Source: Hyaloraphidium curvatum SAG 235-1 (taxonomy: Eukaryota; Fungi; Monoblepharomycota). Taken from it: a DNA stretch of 64,000 nt. This document shows, piece by piece, positions 1 to 10,856 of this stretch. How positions within the stretch are numbered: the stretch's first letter is position 1; each line of letters begins with the position of its first letter. Location: NCBI GenBank assembly GCA_025558095.1, contig JAIVFI010000019.1:372001-436000 (forward strand), read 5' to 3'. The position numbers were made by a program, and so were the translations under genes. The notes below the pieces were generated by a model. That model searched no databases. It was not told the DNA's origin and saw only the letters and a program-made list of their open reading frames with translations.

Positions 1-64
1 GTGCGTACGGCCTGATGCGTTCCTGCGCGTGCTGGAACGGGGACTCACCGTGATGGTTGCGCAG

Positions 65-1474
65 TCCCGCAGAAGGTGGTCAAGTGCGGACCAAAGGAAG
101 CTGTCAAGGGCGACCCGCTCACGTTCCTGGAGAAGGAGCTGTCTGACTTCAAGTACGTTCCGGTGCCCGGCGTTCCCAAGTACTCTGGTAGGCTCCGCCG
201 GCGTTCTCGTGGCCGTTGCATCGAGCATTCACGCGGTTTCGCGTCCAGGCGGTGCCATCGGCTACGTGGCCTACGACTGCGTCCAGTACTTTGAACCCAG
301 GACGAAGCGCGATCTGAAGGATGTGCTCGAGATCCCGGACGCGGTTTTCATGTTCTGCGACACCGTGGTGGTCTTTGACCACCTCCGTCACACCATGACG
401 GTCGTGTCGCACTTCAAGGCCGAGAGCCCTGACATGTTCGCGATGGAGATCGACGAGGAGTACTCGCGCGCCACGGCCGAGATAGCTCGCATCATCGAGC
501 TCTTCAGCCACGACGAGGTGCCGGTGCCGGTGCAGCCCGAGATCATCCTCGGCCAGAAGGCCGTCTCCAACGTCGGTCAGGTCGGCTACGAGGGTTTCGT
601 CAAGAAGCTCAAGCACCACATCAACGAGGGCGACATCATCCAGGCCGTTCCGGCCCAGAGGCTGGCCCGCCGCACCACCCTACACCCGTTCAACGCGTAC
701 AGGCAGCTCCGGAGCGTGAATCCCTCTCCGTACATGTTCTACGTGGACCTGAAGGATTTTCAGCTCGTGGGAGCCTCGCCGGAAATGCTCGTCAAGGTCG
801 ACGATGGCATCGTGACCACGCACCCGATCGCGGGCACGCGGAGGCGGGGCAAGACGCCCGAGGAGGATGAGCGGCTCGCGCAGGAGCTGCTCGCCGACAT
901 CAAGGAGAGGGCCGAGCACATCATGCTGGTCGATCTCGGGCGCAACGACGTCAACCGCATCTGCGAGCCGGCGACGGTCAAGGTTGATTCGCTCATGCAC
1001 ATCGAGCGGTACAGCCACGTCATGCACATCGTCAGCCACGTGAGCGGGAGGCTTCGCGCCGACAAAACGGGATACGACGCCTTCAGGTCGATCTTTCCCG
1101 CGGGAACCGTCAGCGGTGCACCCAAGGTCAGGGCCATGGAGCTCATTTACGAGTGCGAGAAGGAAAAGCGCGGCATCTACGCCGGATCCGTCGGGTTCTT
1201 CGACTACGCCGGCAACATCGACACCTGCATCGCGATTCGGACGATGCTTTTCAAGGACGGGTTTGCGTACCTGCAAGCCGGAGGAGGAATCGTGTACGAT
1301 TCAGAACCGACCCTCGAGTTCGAGGAGACCGAACACAAGCTCAGGTCGAACGTGACGACCTTGGAGCTCGCCGAGAAGTACCACCACACACTGCAACAAC
1401 AACAACCCAAGCGACTGGAAGAAACCCTGTTTGCACCCGTATCTGAGCAGCCTATCACCAACGGCGCGCTGTGA
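65..1474 (+). CDS. TRP2: Anthranilate synthase component I, 5'-truncated by the window edge (introns 1-64 and 188-248)
   Basis: Motifs GGAIGYVAYD, EGDIIQAVP, NPSPYMFY, GASPEML, HPIAGTRRRG, KERAEHIMLVDLGRND, YSHVMHIVS, FPAGTVSGAPK, IAIRT, QAGGGIVYDS. Confidence 0.97.
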   Translation, partial: SRRRWSSADQRKLSRATRSRSWRRSCLTSSTFRCPAFPSTLVGSAGVLVAVASSIHAVSRPGGAIGYVAYDCVQYFEPRTKRDLKDVLEIPDAVFMFCDTVVVFDHLRHTMTVVSHFKAESPDMFAMEIDEEYSRATAEIARIIELFSHDEVPVPVQPEIILGQKAVSNVGQVGYEGFVKKLKHHINEGDIIQAVPAQRLARRTTLHPFNAYRQLRSVNPSPYMFYVDLKDFQLVGASPEMLVKVDDGIVTTHPIAGTRRRGKTPEEDERLAQELLADIKERAEHIMLVDLGRNDVNRICEPATVKVDSLMHIERYSHVMHIVSHVSGRLRADKTGYDAFRSIFPAGTVSGAPKVRAMELIYECEKEKRGIYAGSVGFFDYAGNIDTCIAIRTMLFKDGFAYLQAGGGIVYDSEPTLEFEETEHKLRSNVTTLELAEKYHHTLQQQQPKRLEETLFAPVSEQPITNGAL

Positions 1475-1710
1475 TTTCAAGCGGAAATCCCACGCAGTGC
1501 GCTCCTCCGAACGAATCGGACGAGAGCGCCAACGACAACCTATCAGCAACGGAAACACAACTTCGGCATTTGACGCGCGAAAAGCCAGCAGCGCTGCGCC
1601 ACGTGCCACACACGCGAACTCACACAGCTTCCCACGGCGGGAACAACCCATCAAGCCTAAAGGGGCATCCCTTCTCCTCCTTTATCTCTACATCCTCTGG
1701 TCGAATCAAA

Positions 1711-4178
1711 ATGACGACCCTCCTCATCGACAACTACGATAGGTTCGTCTTGGCTCAATCTTCTCGTTTCGATTCCGCTCACCGTGCCCCAGCTTCACCT
1801 GGAACGTTTTCCAGTATCTCGAGTCCCTCGGGGCTCACGTCAAGGTCTTTCGGAACGACGAAATCACCGTCGAGGAGTGCCTGGCGCTCAATCCGCGGAA
1901 CGTCGTTATCAGCCCGGGTCCGGGTCGTCCGGACGCCGCCGGCATCTCCGAAGACGTCATCACTGCTTTTGCCGGCAAGGTCCCGATCCTCGGCGTGTGC
2001 CTCGGCGAGCAGTGCATCTACGAACTCTACGGCGGCGTGGTCACGTACGCCGGCGAGATCGTCCACGGGAAAACGTCGTCGCTCATCCACGACGGCAAGG
2101 GCGTGTACGAAGGCATGCCGCAGGGCGTGCAGTGCACTCGCTACCACAGCCTGGCCGGCGATCCCGCCACTTTGCCCAGCGTTCTCGAAGCCACGAGCTG
2201 GACCGAGAGCAAGGTGGTGATGGGAGTGCGGCACAAGGAGTTCGTCATCGAGGGCGTGCAGTTCCACCCCGAATCCATCGCCAGCGAGTACGGCAAGCGC
2301 ATCTTCTGGAACTTCCTCCGCTGGGAAGGTGGCACCTGGAGCTCCTTGCGCCACCGCGACGACGTCGTCAAGCCCCTGCAGGGCATCGCCATGCTCCCGA
2401 TCGAGGATCAGGTTGGCCGCATTGGAGGCCGAGAAATTGCCCGCGGCGTCAGCGGCGAGTCTTCGATTGTGCCGAGTGGCGATGCGAAAGCGACCGCGGT
2501 GGTTCTAAATGGAGATGCAAAGGCGCCCGGCGCCTCCACCGGGGCAAAGTCGCCGAGCATCTTGGAAGCGATCAAGGCCCAACGCTTGCTGGATATCGCA
2601 GCGCGCAAGTCCCTCCCCGGTCGCTCCGAGGCGCATCTCAAGCGGTCGATTGCTCTCGGACTCGCCCCTCCCGCCATCAGTTTCGTGGATCGGCTCAAGA
2701 AGGCCGCGGATCCGGTCGCGCTCCTGGCCGAGATCAAGAGGGCTTCGCCCAGCAAGGGCGACATCGACATCGCCGCGCATGCCGCAGAGCAGGCACTGGT
2801 CTATGCGTCGGGAGGAGCAGCAGCTATTTCGGTACTGACGGAGCCGAAGTGGTTCAAGGGCCAGCTGGACGACATGCGAGAGGTCAGGCAAGCCATCGAT
2901 CGGCTGCCAGACCGACCGGCGGTCCTTCGGAAAGACTTCATCGTGGACCAGTACCAGATCTTGGAAGCTCGCCTGGATGGCGCGGACACTGTCCTGCTCA
3001 TAGTCGCGATCCTTTCCGATGACGAGCTTGCGCACCTCGTATCGTACGCGCGCATGCTCGGCATGGAGCCCCTCGTTGAAGTGAACAACGCCGAGGAGAT
3101 GGCTCGCGCGATCAAGGTGGGATCCAAGGTGATCGGCGTCAACAACCGCAACCTCCACACCTTCAGCGTGGACATGGACACGACCAGTAGCGTGGCGAGC
3201 ATGGTGCCGGAGGGCATCATTCTGGCCGCGCTAAGCGGGATCGCATCCCGCGCTGACGTGGAAAAGTACGCTGCGGACGGCGCCAAGGCGGTGCTTGTGG
3301 GCGAATCGCTCATGCGGTCGCGCGATCCCGCAACGTTCATTAAGCAGCTCTTGGGCCGGCCGGATGCCGCGAAAAGTGGAGCGTCTGAAGGTGGTGCGGC
3401 GCCCGAATCGGGAAAGCGCGTTCTGGTCAAGATCTGTGGCGTTTCCACTGTGGATGCGGCCGTGGCGGCCGCCGAAGCTGGAGCGGATTTCATTGGCCTC
3501 ATCTTTGCCAAGTCGCCCCGCCAAGTCACGGTCGAGAGTGCAAAGGAGATTGCGGACCGCATCCGTGCCTCTCGGCCCAGCGGAGCACGCGTTGCTCGAG
3601 ACCTCGGAGATCCACAGGGCGCGGCTACAGAGTGGTACCGAAAGCAGACCCAGCGGATTGAAGGGCTTCTCGCAGCCGGCCAGAGGCCGCTTCTCGTCGG
3701 GGTCTTTTCGGACCATTCGCTGGATTTCATCGGCGAGGCCGTTCGCCAGTTTGGCCTTGACATGGTGCAGTTCCACGGAAATGAGAGGGAGGAGCTGGCG
3801 GACTTCATTTCCGTGCCGACCATCAAGGCACTGCACATTGGCCAGGGGGAAACAAGCGCAACCGTGGCCAAGAAGATGGAATCTGGAGTGGGACATCTGG
3901 CTTTTTGCAATCTGGACACCATGGTCGCCGACGGACGGACCCAGCAAGGCGGTAGCGGCGCCACTTTCGATTGGGGCGTGGCCGCCGACAGGTCGGCGGC
4001 CGTGCCGTTCATGATGGCAGGTGGCCTCACGCCGGAGAACGTCGCAGACGCTGTTCGGCAGGTTCGACCGTGGGCCGTGGACGTGTCGAGCGGGGTAGAG
4101 CAGGATGGGAAGAAAGGCGTCAAGGACATGGCCAAGGTCAGGGCTTTCGTCTCGGCGGCCAAGTCCGTCGCATTGTAG
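1711..4178 (+). CDS. trpC: Trifunctional anthranilate synthase component II (GATase) / indole-3-glycerol-phosphate synthase / phosphoribosylanthranilate isomerase (fungal TrpC type); intron 1743-1792
   Basis: Splices to MTTLLIDNYDSFTWN; has ISPGPG, GVCLG, RYHSL, GVQFHPES (GATase); AEIKRASPSKG, SVLTE, LRKDFI, GVNNRNL (IGPS); VKICG, AGGLTPENV, VDVSSGVE (PRAI). Confidence 0.97.
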
Positions 4179-4212
4179 GGTAGTAGAGAGGTCTTTTTGG
4201 AACAGCGCTTCA

Positions 4213-7055
4213 TCATCTACGTTTGAACTTCGCCTTGGACTTGAAGCCGGACCCCTTTCCGAGGCCAGGCCCCTTCCCCTTGGGCGACCCTTTCGCCTTG
4301 GTCCGGCTTTTGTCCCTGTCGCCAGCGACCTCCTTCTTTGCGCCTCCATTTTTCTTCTTCGCCTTTGTCGCAGCATGTTTGGGCCTCTCCGAAGGGTCCG
4401 CAAAGGCCGACAGCTTCCTCGGCTTCAGCTGCGACTTCGCTGCGCGAGCAGCCAGCTTGGCGTCCTTCTTCAAGCCCTCGTCCGCCATTTCCTTCATGGC
4501 CTGGAGGCGCCGCTTCTTCCTGCGCGTCAAACCGTCCAGCTTTCCTCGCTTCGGCGCATCTTTGGAATCCAGTCTCCGTTTCTGCCCCGCGACCGCGACC
4601 CCATCCTCTTCCGTCCCAGCAGGCCGCGAAGTGTTCTTGGCCTGCTTCTTCTGCTGCTCGCTCTGGAACCAGGTCCGTGCAGGCCGTGATGCGATCTCAT
4701 CCGCGTGCATGATCATGTTCTCCGCCTTGGTGGCCTCCATTTCCGCCCTGGCCAGCGCTTTCTCCTCCTTCTCCTCCTCGAGGATCTTCTTCAGGTGCGG
4801 CCGGAAACCTTCGATCTTTGCCTTGTACTTCTGCACCACGGCGGGAGGAATGATGCGGTTCTTGACGGCTTCGTGCGTGTTCTTCAGTGCCTGCTTCAGG
4901 ATCTTGCGATCGGCCTCGGTCACCAAGGAGACGGAACTGAGGGAACCACATCGTCAGTACTCTAGAAGCGACAGTTCGGACCGCAGCGCGACGTACCGGC
5001 CGTTCGTCTTTGCCCTAGCCGTCCGCCCCACGCGGTGGACATACTGTTGGTACGTCTTTGGCATATCGAAGTTGATCACCGTTTGGATCCCGGCAATGTC
5101 CAATCCGCGGCTGGCCAGGTCCGTCGCGAGCAGGAAATCGACCTGACGATCCCTGAACTGCTCCAGCGCCTCCAGGCGCTGCAACTGGGAGAGATCGCCG
5201 TGCAGTTCCGCGGCCTTTAGCCCGAGGAGGCCAAAAACGATCTTCATCTGGTGCGCCGCGGCCTTTGACCCGAAGAAAATGATCGTTTCGGCCTTGTACG
5301 TGCGCATCACGAGGGACGCGAGGATCGCCTGCTTGTCCGCTTCATCCTTGCTCGATCGGATCCTGATAAACTCCTGCACGAGGCCCGATGCGAGGTTGCG
5401 GTTGCTGTTCACGAACAAGCGCACGGGCCGGTTGAGCGAAAGCCGAACGAGATCGTCCACCTAGAGTCGACGCGACTGATCAGACGGCTAACCGAACGCG
5501 GCCAAAACCGCGAGCCCACCGAATCCGTCATTGTGGCCGAAAAAAGCATAGTCTGCCGCGTCTTCGGCGTGAAGGAGATGATCTCGGCCAGTTCGTCCTT
5601 GAAACCGTCCTCCAGAATCCGGTCAGCTTCATCAATCACGACGATCTCGATGCTTTCGAGCGTGAAGTCCACGGAATTGCGGACGTGGTCGATGAGACGG
5701 CCCGGAGTGGCAATGACAATGTCTGGCCGTTTCCGGAGCTCCATCTCCTGGGCCTTTGTCGAAAGACCGCCGACGCACAGCGCACATTTCACGTCGGTGA
5801 ACTTCGCCAGGTTGCTGGCGACCGAATGGCACTGGATGCCCAGCTCGCGGGTCGGCACGAGAATGAGGACGCGCGTCAACGGCGGGTTCTTTGGCCTGAA
5901 CAGCAGACGCTCGAGGATAGGGATGACGAAAGCAGCCGTCTTTCCGGATCCCGTCACCGCACTGCCACAGATGTCCTTGCCGAGCATCGCCATGGGAATG
6001 GCGTGCTGCTGGATCTGAGTCGGAGCAGTGTACCCGAGCGCCGCAATGCTCCTCATGATGGGACGCGAGAGGTTCAAATCTGTGAAGGCCATTCCTTCGT
6101 CCTTAGCCGCCGGGTCCTGGGGTTGGAGGTCGGGCACTTCGAAGAACTGCGCCTTCTTGCGATCGCTGATGATGTCCTGTGCGACATCGTCGTCGGTGTC
6201 AGAGTTCCCGGCATTGCCGCCGCCGCCGCCAGGCCTCATCGGATGGGCCTCGACGTCCTCGCTTTGTCCTTCAGATTCGCCGTCGGAACCAAAGTCATTG
6301 TTGACCTCATCCCCTGACCGCGCAGCGTCATCCTCTGGCGGTTCATCTGTAGCGGATCCCGTGTCCGAGGCGGCATTCGAGTCCTCGTCCGAGTTCGAGT
6401 TGGCGTCCTCGGGTCCGTTTCCCAGCATATCGGTGTCGCTCCCCTCACTAGCGTCCATGAACTCGTCGCCGTCCGCGGAGGCGCCAGAGGCATCCGAGTC
6501 CTCGCTCTCTCCCGGCTCCGCCTTCCCGTTCATGGCACGCAAAGTGCCGGCGCTTGAACGGTCTGCTTTGGGAGCTTTGGCCTTGCTGGCCCTCTTGCGG
6601 CCATTGTCAGCTTCCTGTTGGGCACGCCTGATCTTGTCGTCGACCGACGTGAAGGCCGAGTGCTGCTGCTTCGCTATCGCAGCCTTGGCACTCGTAAAGT
6701 CCCAGGCATTGGCATACCGAGAAGCCGAGAAGGAGCCGTCGATGTCGAACTGAAAGTCAGGGTTGAGCTCCACGACGGCGGGAACCTCGGTCCGACGATC
6801 CTTGGCTGCCGCCACAGGTTGGGCCGGTTTCCCTTCCGGTCCCGCCGCCTTCTTCGCGAGCCTCTTCTCCTTCCTCAGCTGCGTTTTGCTCTTCTGCTGT
6901 TTCAAGCCCGAGGGTTCTCCCTTCTTGGCCTTGATAGAGTCGTTCTCTGCAGGCTCCTCCTCCTCGTCGTCTGCTTGAACGTCCTCGTCATCCTCGATAG
7001 TCCGGACGAAATCGTCCACGAGGAGGAGCTCTTTTGGCCCCCTTTTCGATGCCAT
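4213..7055 (-). CDS. DRS1: DEAD-box RNA helicase Drs1/DDX27 (60S biogenesis), 2 introns
   Basis: [29 protein letters not shown] and HRVGRTARA motifs; acidic N-terminus; C-terminal [10 protein letters not shown]. Confidence 0.93.
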
Positions 7056-7160
7056 GGGCGAAATGGCGGGCGGAAATGTGCAGGTTGGTTGTTTGCTTTC
7101 GACGCTGGTCGATCGCATGCACCTGGCACGTAGTCGATCACTCGCCCCAGCTGGTCCGGC

Positions 7161-8465
7161 ATGGAGGCCAAATCCGCTGGAAACGTGACGGCGGTTCCCC
7201 TCCTCACGGTTCAGCATGACTTTAATCGCGATCTCGCGGACGTGCTCTCGCGACGCGTTCCGAACGCCAAGTTTTGGCTCTCGCTGTACGGAGCCTCTGG
7301 ACCGAACCCATCGCTGCACGGGTCCATCTCGGTCTCTCCGGAACCAGGGTCGCTCACTAGCGTGGCCGTAAAGGCCGATCTGCCGGAGTTTCGCCTCGAG
7401 TACCTGGACCCCAACTCGGTGTCGTTTTCGTACCTCCCTGGCGGGCAAGACGCCACGCGGGTTCAGGCTCCGATGCGTGTCTTTACTTCCCAGAACGTAC
7501 CCAAACCGATTGACTGCTTGGATCTTTCGCCGGCGGGGGACATGGTGCTCGTTGGTGGCGGCGACGGTGCGCTGAAGATCCTGGACGCAAAAGATGGCAG
7601 CCTGAGGAGGAACCTGGAAGGCCACAAGGCCGATGTCGAATGCTGCAAGTTTTTCCCGTCCGGCAAGGTTGCGCTATCAGGTGGCTTGGACCTCACCATT
7701 CGGATTTGGGATGTCTCCGACGGACAAAGCCCGGTTCAGCTCAAGAACCACACCCGGGGCATCCTGGACCTCGCAATCGTTTCGAGAGGTCGTAATATCC
7801 TCTCATGCTCGCGCGATGGCACCCTGCTGCTGCAGGAGCCCGCGTCGGCCAGCGTGATCCGCAAGATCGCCGCGCTCTCCGAGCCGATAAACCGCATCGT
7901 CCTGGGGACGCGGCCCGAGGGAGATTGGGCACCGCTGGCGATGGATTCGAAGGAGGTGGACACTGAAGGCAAGATCGTCTGGGCCGCCTGCCAAGACGGG
8001 AAGCTTCGAAGCTGGGACCTCGGGTCAAAGGATGCCGCCTTCTCGGCGTCCCCGACCGGGTCGGCACTCACGGCCGTTGCGTACTCCACTTCAAACAATC
8101 TCGTTGCCTGCGGATCTGCCCTGGGGGAGATTGCCGTCTTTGACGTCCGCAACATGTCCCCGCGGGCCGAAGCCTCCTCTCCTGTTATGATCTTCAAGCG
8201 GAACACCGCGGAGATATCGTCGCTGGCCTTTTTGGACGCTCCCAAGCCGGGTCTTTTGGTTTCAACCAGCGACGGACAGTGCTATGTCGTCGCCGACCCG
8301 CAGAACCTTTCCTCCGGAGCGGTTCCCCATGTCGCTACGGAGATGATCGGGGCCGACGTGGAGGCAATCAACTGCACGGCCAGCAGGACGGCGGAAGCAA
8401 GGGGTACAGAGGTTTTCGCCGGAGCCAAGGACGGGGCGCTGCGCAAGTACCTCGTCAGGAGTTGA
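7161..8465 (+). CDS. WD40 protein, likely proteasomal ATPase-associated factor PAAF1/Rpn14
   Basis: Intronless 434-aa ORF with WD repeats; [21 protein letters not shown] and [15 protein letters not shown] match my recollection of PAAF1/Rpn14. Confidence 0.75.
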   Translation: MEAKSAGNVTAVPLLTVQHDFNRDLADVLSRRVPNAKFWLSLYGASGPNPSLHGSISVSPEPGSLTSVAVKADLPEFRLEYLDPNSVSFSYLPGGQDATRVQAPMRVFTSQNVPKPIDCLDLSPAGDMVLVGGGDGALKILDAKDGSLRRNLEGHKADVECCKFFPSGKVALSGGLDLTIRIWDVSDGQSPVQLKNHTRGILDLAIVSRGRNILSCSRDGTLLLQEPASASVIRKIAALSEPINRIVLGTRPEGDWAPLAMDSKEVDTEGKIVWAACQDGKLRSWDLGSKDAAFSASPTGSALTAVAYSTSNNLVACGSALGEIAVFDVRNMSPRAEASSPVMIFKRNTAEISSLAFLDAPKPGLLVSTSDGQCYVVADPQNLSSGAVPHVATEMIGADVEAINCTASRTAEARGTEVFAGAKDGALRKYLVRS

Positions 8466-8478
8466 ATTGTTGAATTGA

Positions 8479-9706
8479 TCAAAAGCGCTTCGAACTCTTC
8501 CCTCGCCGGTCCCCGGAAAGTGCCACGTACACCAGCCCCCCTACAACGGCGAGCGACACGAGGATGAAGATGATGGTCAGCCACGAGACGCCGCCCCCCG
8601 TGCCCGCCTTGTTGAGCGGCGAACGGTTCAGCGGCAGCTGTCCGGGTCCGCCCCGCTTGTTGCTGGCGCTCGATCCGGGCGTAGTGTTCTGTGAAGCGGA
8701 TATTTCGTGAGTGGCAAGAGGGAGAAGGCAAGGACACCCCCACAATCACGATGCCATTCGTGTTGACAGAAATAATGTCGTGGTTATCGGAAATATCACC
8801 AGTGAGCGCCGAAAAGCCGATGTAGCCGACCGTCGGCAGCTTGACATCGTCCGCGCGGAAGCACAGCTCCCACTTCGAGTCCCCGCGGGTATCGAGAAAC
8901 ACCTCCAGCGACTTGTCCCGTATGTATCGGACCTTTGCCTTTGTCGGCCAGTCCTTACTCCGGAAATCCGACGGGCACCCCCCGATCTCGTTCGGTTTGC
9001 CATCCTGGCTGTTGTCGTACTGCCGTGTGCGTAAGTGGCCTGCGTGACGTCGTGGGAATTCCTCAACCTACGCTTGTGTTTCCATCCCCGACCATGGCCA
9101 TCACGTAGGGATGCGAGATCCGCTGGCGACTGTTGGGATAGGTATCAAAAAAGAGACCAAGGCCGTCGAACTTGTCCTTGTTGCCGAAAACGGGACCTGG
9201 ACAAGACGCAGTATCAGATACCGGCCGGTCCCCAACAATCAGCGCCCTCCATCATACTCACCGACCGAAGCTTTGTCCTTGGTGTACCAAAACGCAAAGC
9301 CGTCGCCAAAGAGGTTTCCTCCCTTCCCGTGAACGCGGAACTCAAACTCAATCTCCCAGCTCGTCGACGTGAAGGGCAGCTTGCTGTACAGCCAACCACT
9401 CTGAATTCCACGCGTCAGCTAATCCTGGCAAGAAACTGAAGGATCCGGAAGCCGGCTGCGCACCTTGGACGTGACGTCCGGCGTGAGACGGACCCAATTG
9501 TTCACTTCGACGATGGTAGACCCCCCGAAATCAAACCAGCGCGAGCCGAGCTGCTCATCGATGTACGGTGACTGCAAGGAAAAGCTCCGCAGGGGCAGCA
9601 ACGTCTCGCTATCCGCGGAGGCGGGTCGACACGACGCGAGCATCAACGCCGCGAGAAAAAGAGTCCATTCAGGCCTGGGGGGCCGCTTGGCCCCCGATAG
9701 AGCCAT
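8479..9706 (-). CDS. L-type (legume-like) lectin cargo receptor, VIP36/ERGIC-53 family; multi-exon
   Basis: Signal peptide; SLQSPYID..WFDFGG; VRLTPD; GDGFAFW; GYIGFSALTGDISDNHDIISV; C-terminal TM helix followed by KSSKRF. Confidence 0.88.
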
Positions 9707-9849
9707 TGCCAGGCAACAGAAGAATGTCCGCGCGAGATTGCACGGGTTCCAGCTCCGAGGAGCCGGTGGCGGGCCTGCTCTGGACGAGCTGACGACGCTT
9801 ACGCTGCCAGCGCATACTCTCCTCTCCCCAAACGCGTCCCCCGTTCACA

Positions 9850-10611
9850 ATGGCCGCGGTGCTGGAGAGCCTCGACGGCGTGACGCGTGCCATCCTCGGC
9901 GATCATTGCAACCAGGTGCTTCTGAAGGAGTTCAATGTCGCGGACTCGCAGTGCGTCGGACTCGCGTTCTCCAAGGGGCTCGGACTGGCGCTGGTCGCCG
10001 GCGGTGCGATCCTGAAGCTGCCGCAGATCATCAAGATGCTCGGCGCTGGCAGCGCAGAGGGCATCTCGTTCCCGTCTTACCTGCTCGAAACGCTGTCCTT
10101 CACCATCTCGCTCATCTACAACGTGCGCAACGCGAACCCGTTCACGACCTACGGCGAGCAGCTGTTCATCACGCTGCAGAACGTTGCAATCCTGTGCCTC
10201 ATCCTGCACTACAACAGGCAGCTGCCCCAGCTGGCCGTCACCCTGGCGCTCTACTTCCTCGGGGCCCGGTACCTGTACGCCTCCGTGCCCATGTCGTACC
10301 TGCCCGCCATCCAGTCGTCGACGATCCTCATCGGGATCGCATCCCGGCTGCCGCAGCTCTACACCAACCTCCAGAACAAATCCACGGGCCAGCTCTCGAT
10401 CGTGACCGTCGGCCTGCAGGCCCTGGGTTCCGTTGCCAGGACCTTCACGACCTGGAAGGAGGTCGACGACTCGCTTCTCCTCATCGGCGCCGTGGTTGCC
10501 ATGGTCCTCAACGTCGCGCTTGCCCTGCAGTTTGCTCAGTACTCCGGGCGCGCGGAGGTCAAAGCCAAGTCTGCGGCGTCGCAGCCGCGCCGCGTCAAGA
10601 AGGTGAACTAG
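9850..10611 (+). CDS. MPDU1: Mannose-P-dolichol utilization defect 1 (PQ-loop) protein
   Basis: SKGLG..GGAILKLPQI, PFTTYGE, SRLPQLYTN..KSTGQLS; 7-TM hydrophobicity pattern. Confidence 0.9.
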   Translation: MAAVLESLDGVTRAILGDHCNQVLLKEFNVADSQCVGLAFSKGLGLALVAGGAILKLPQIIKMLGAGSAEGISFPSYLLETLSFTISLIYNVRNANPFTTYGEQLFITLQNVAILCLILHYNRQLPQLAVTLALYFLGARYLYASVPMSYLPAIQSSTILIGIASRLPQLYTNLQNKSTGQLSIVTVGLQALGSVARTFTTWKEVDDSLLLIGAVVAMVLNVALALQFAQYSGRAEVKAKSAASQPRRVKKVN

Positions 10612-10856
10612 CGGGGAATGTAGGACGGGGAGCATGCGGACAGGCTGCTTCTACTCAATAAGTACGTAATGGCGTTTGCACACTGCGTCATTCCACCAGA
10701 GACGTTCTCCCTGTCCCGCTCCTCCTCCTCCATGTTTCCACCCGAAGCCTCCACCAGGCGATTCCCAATCCCATGTCCCCTCCGGACGTGTCCATGCTGA
10801 AGAAGAAAGACGCCCCCTCCCCGCGGAGCGCCGCGAGCGAGTGACTTGCTCGCGCA

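Noticed and set aside
2801-4216. 471-aa ORF antisense to trpC, and many similar antisense ORFs
   Set aside because: Codon-register mirror of a GC3-rich gene with no recognisable domain.
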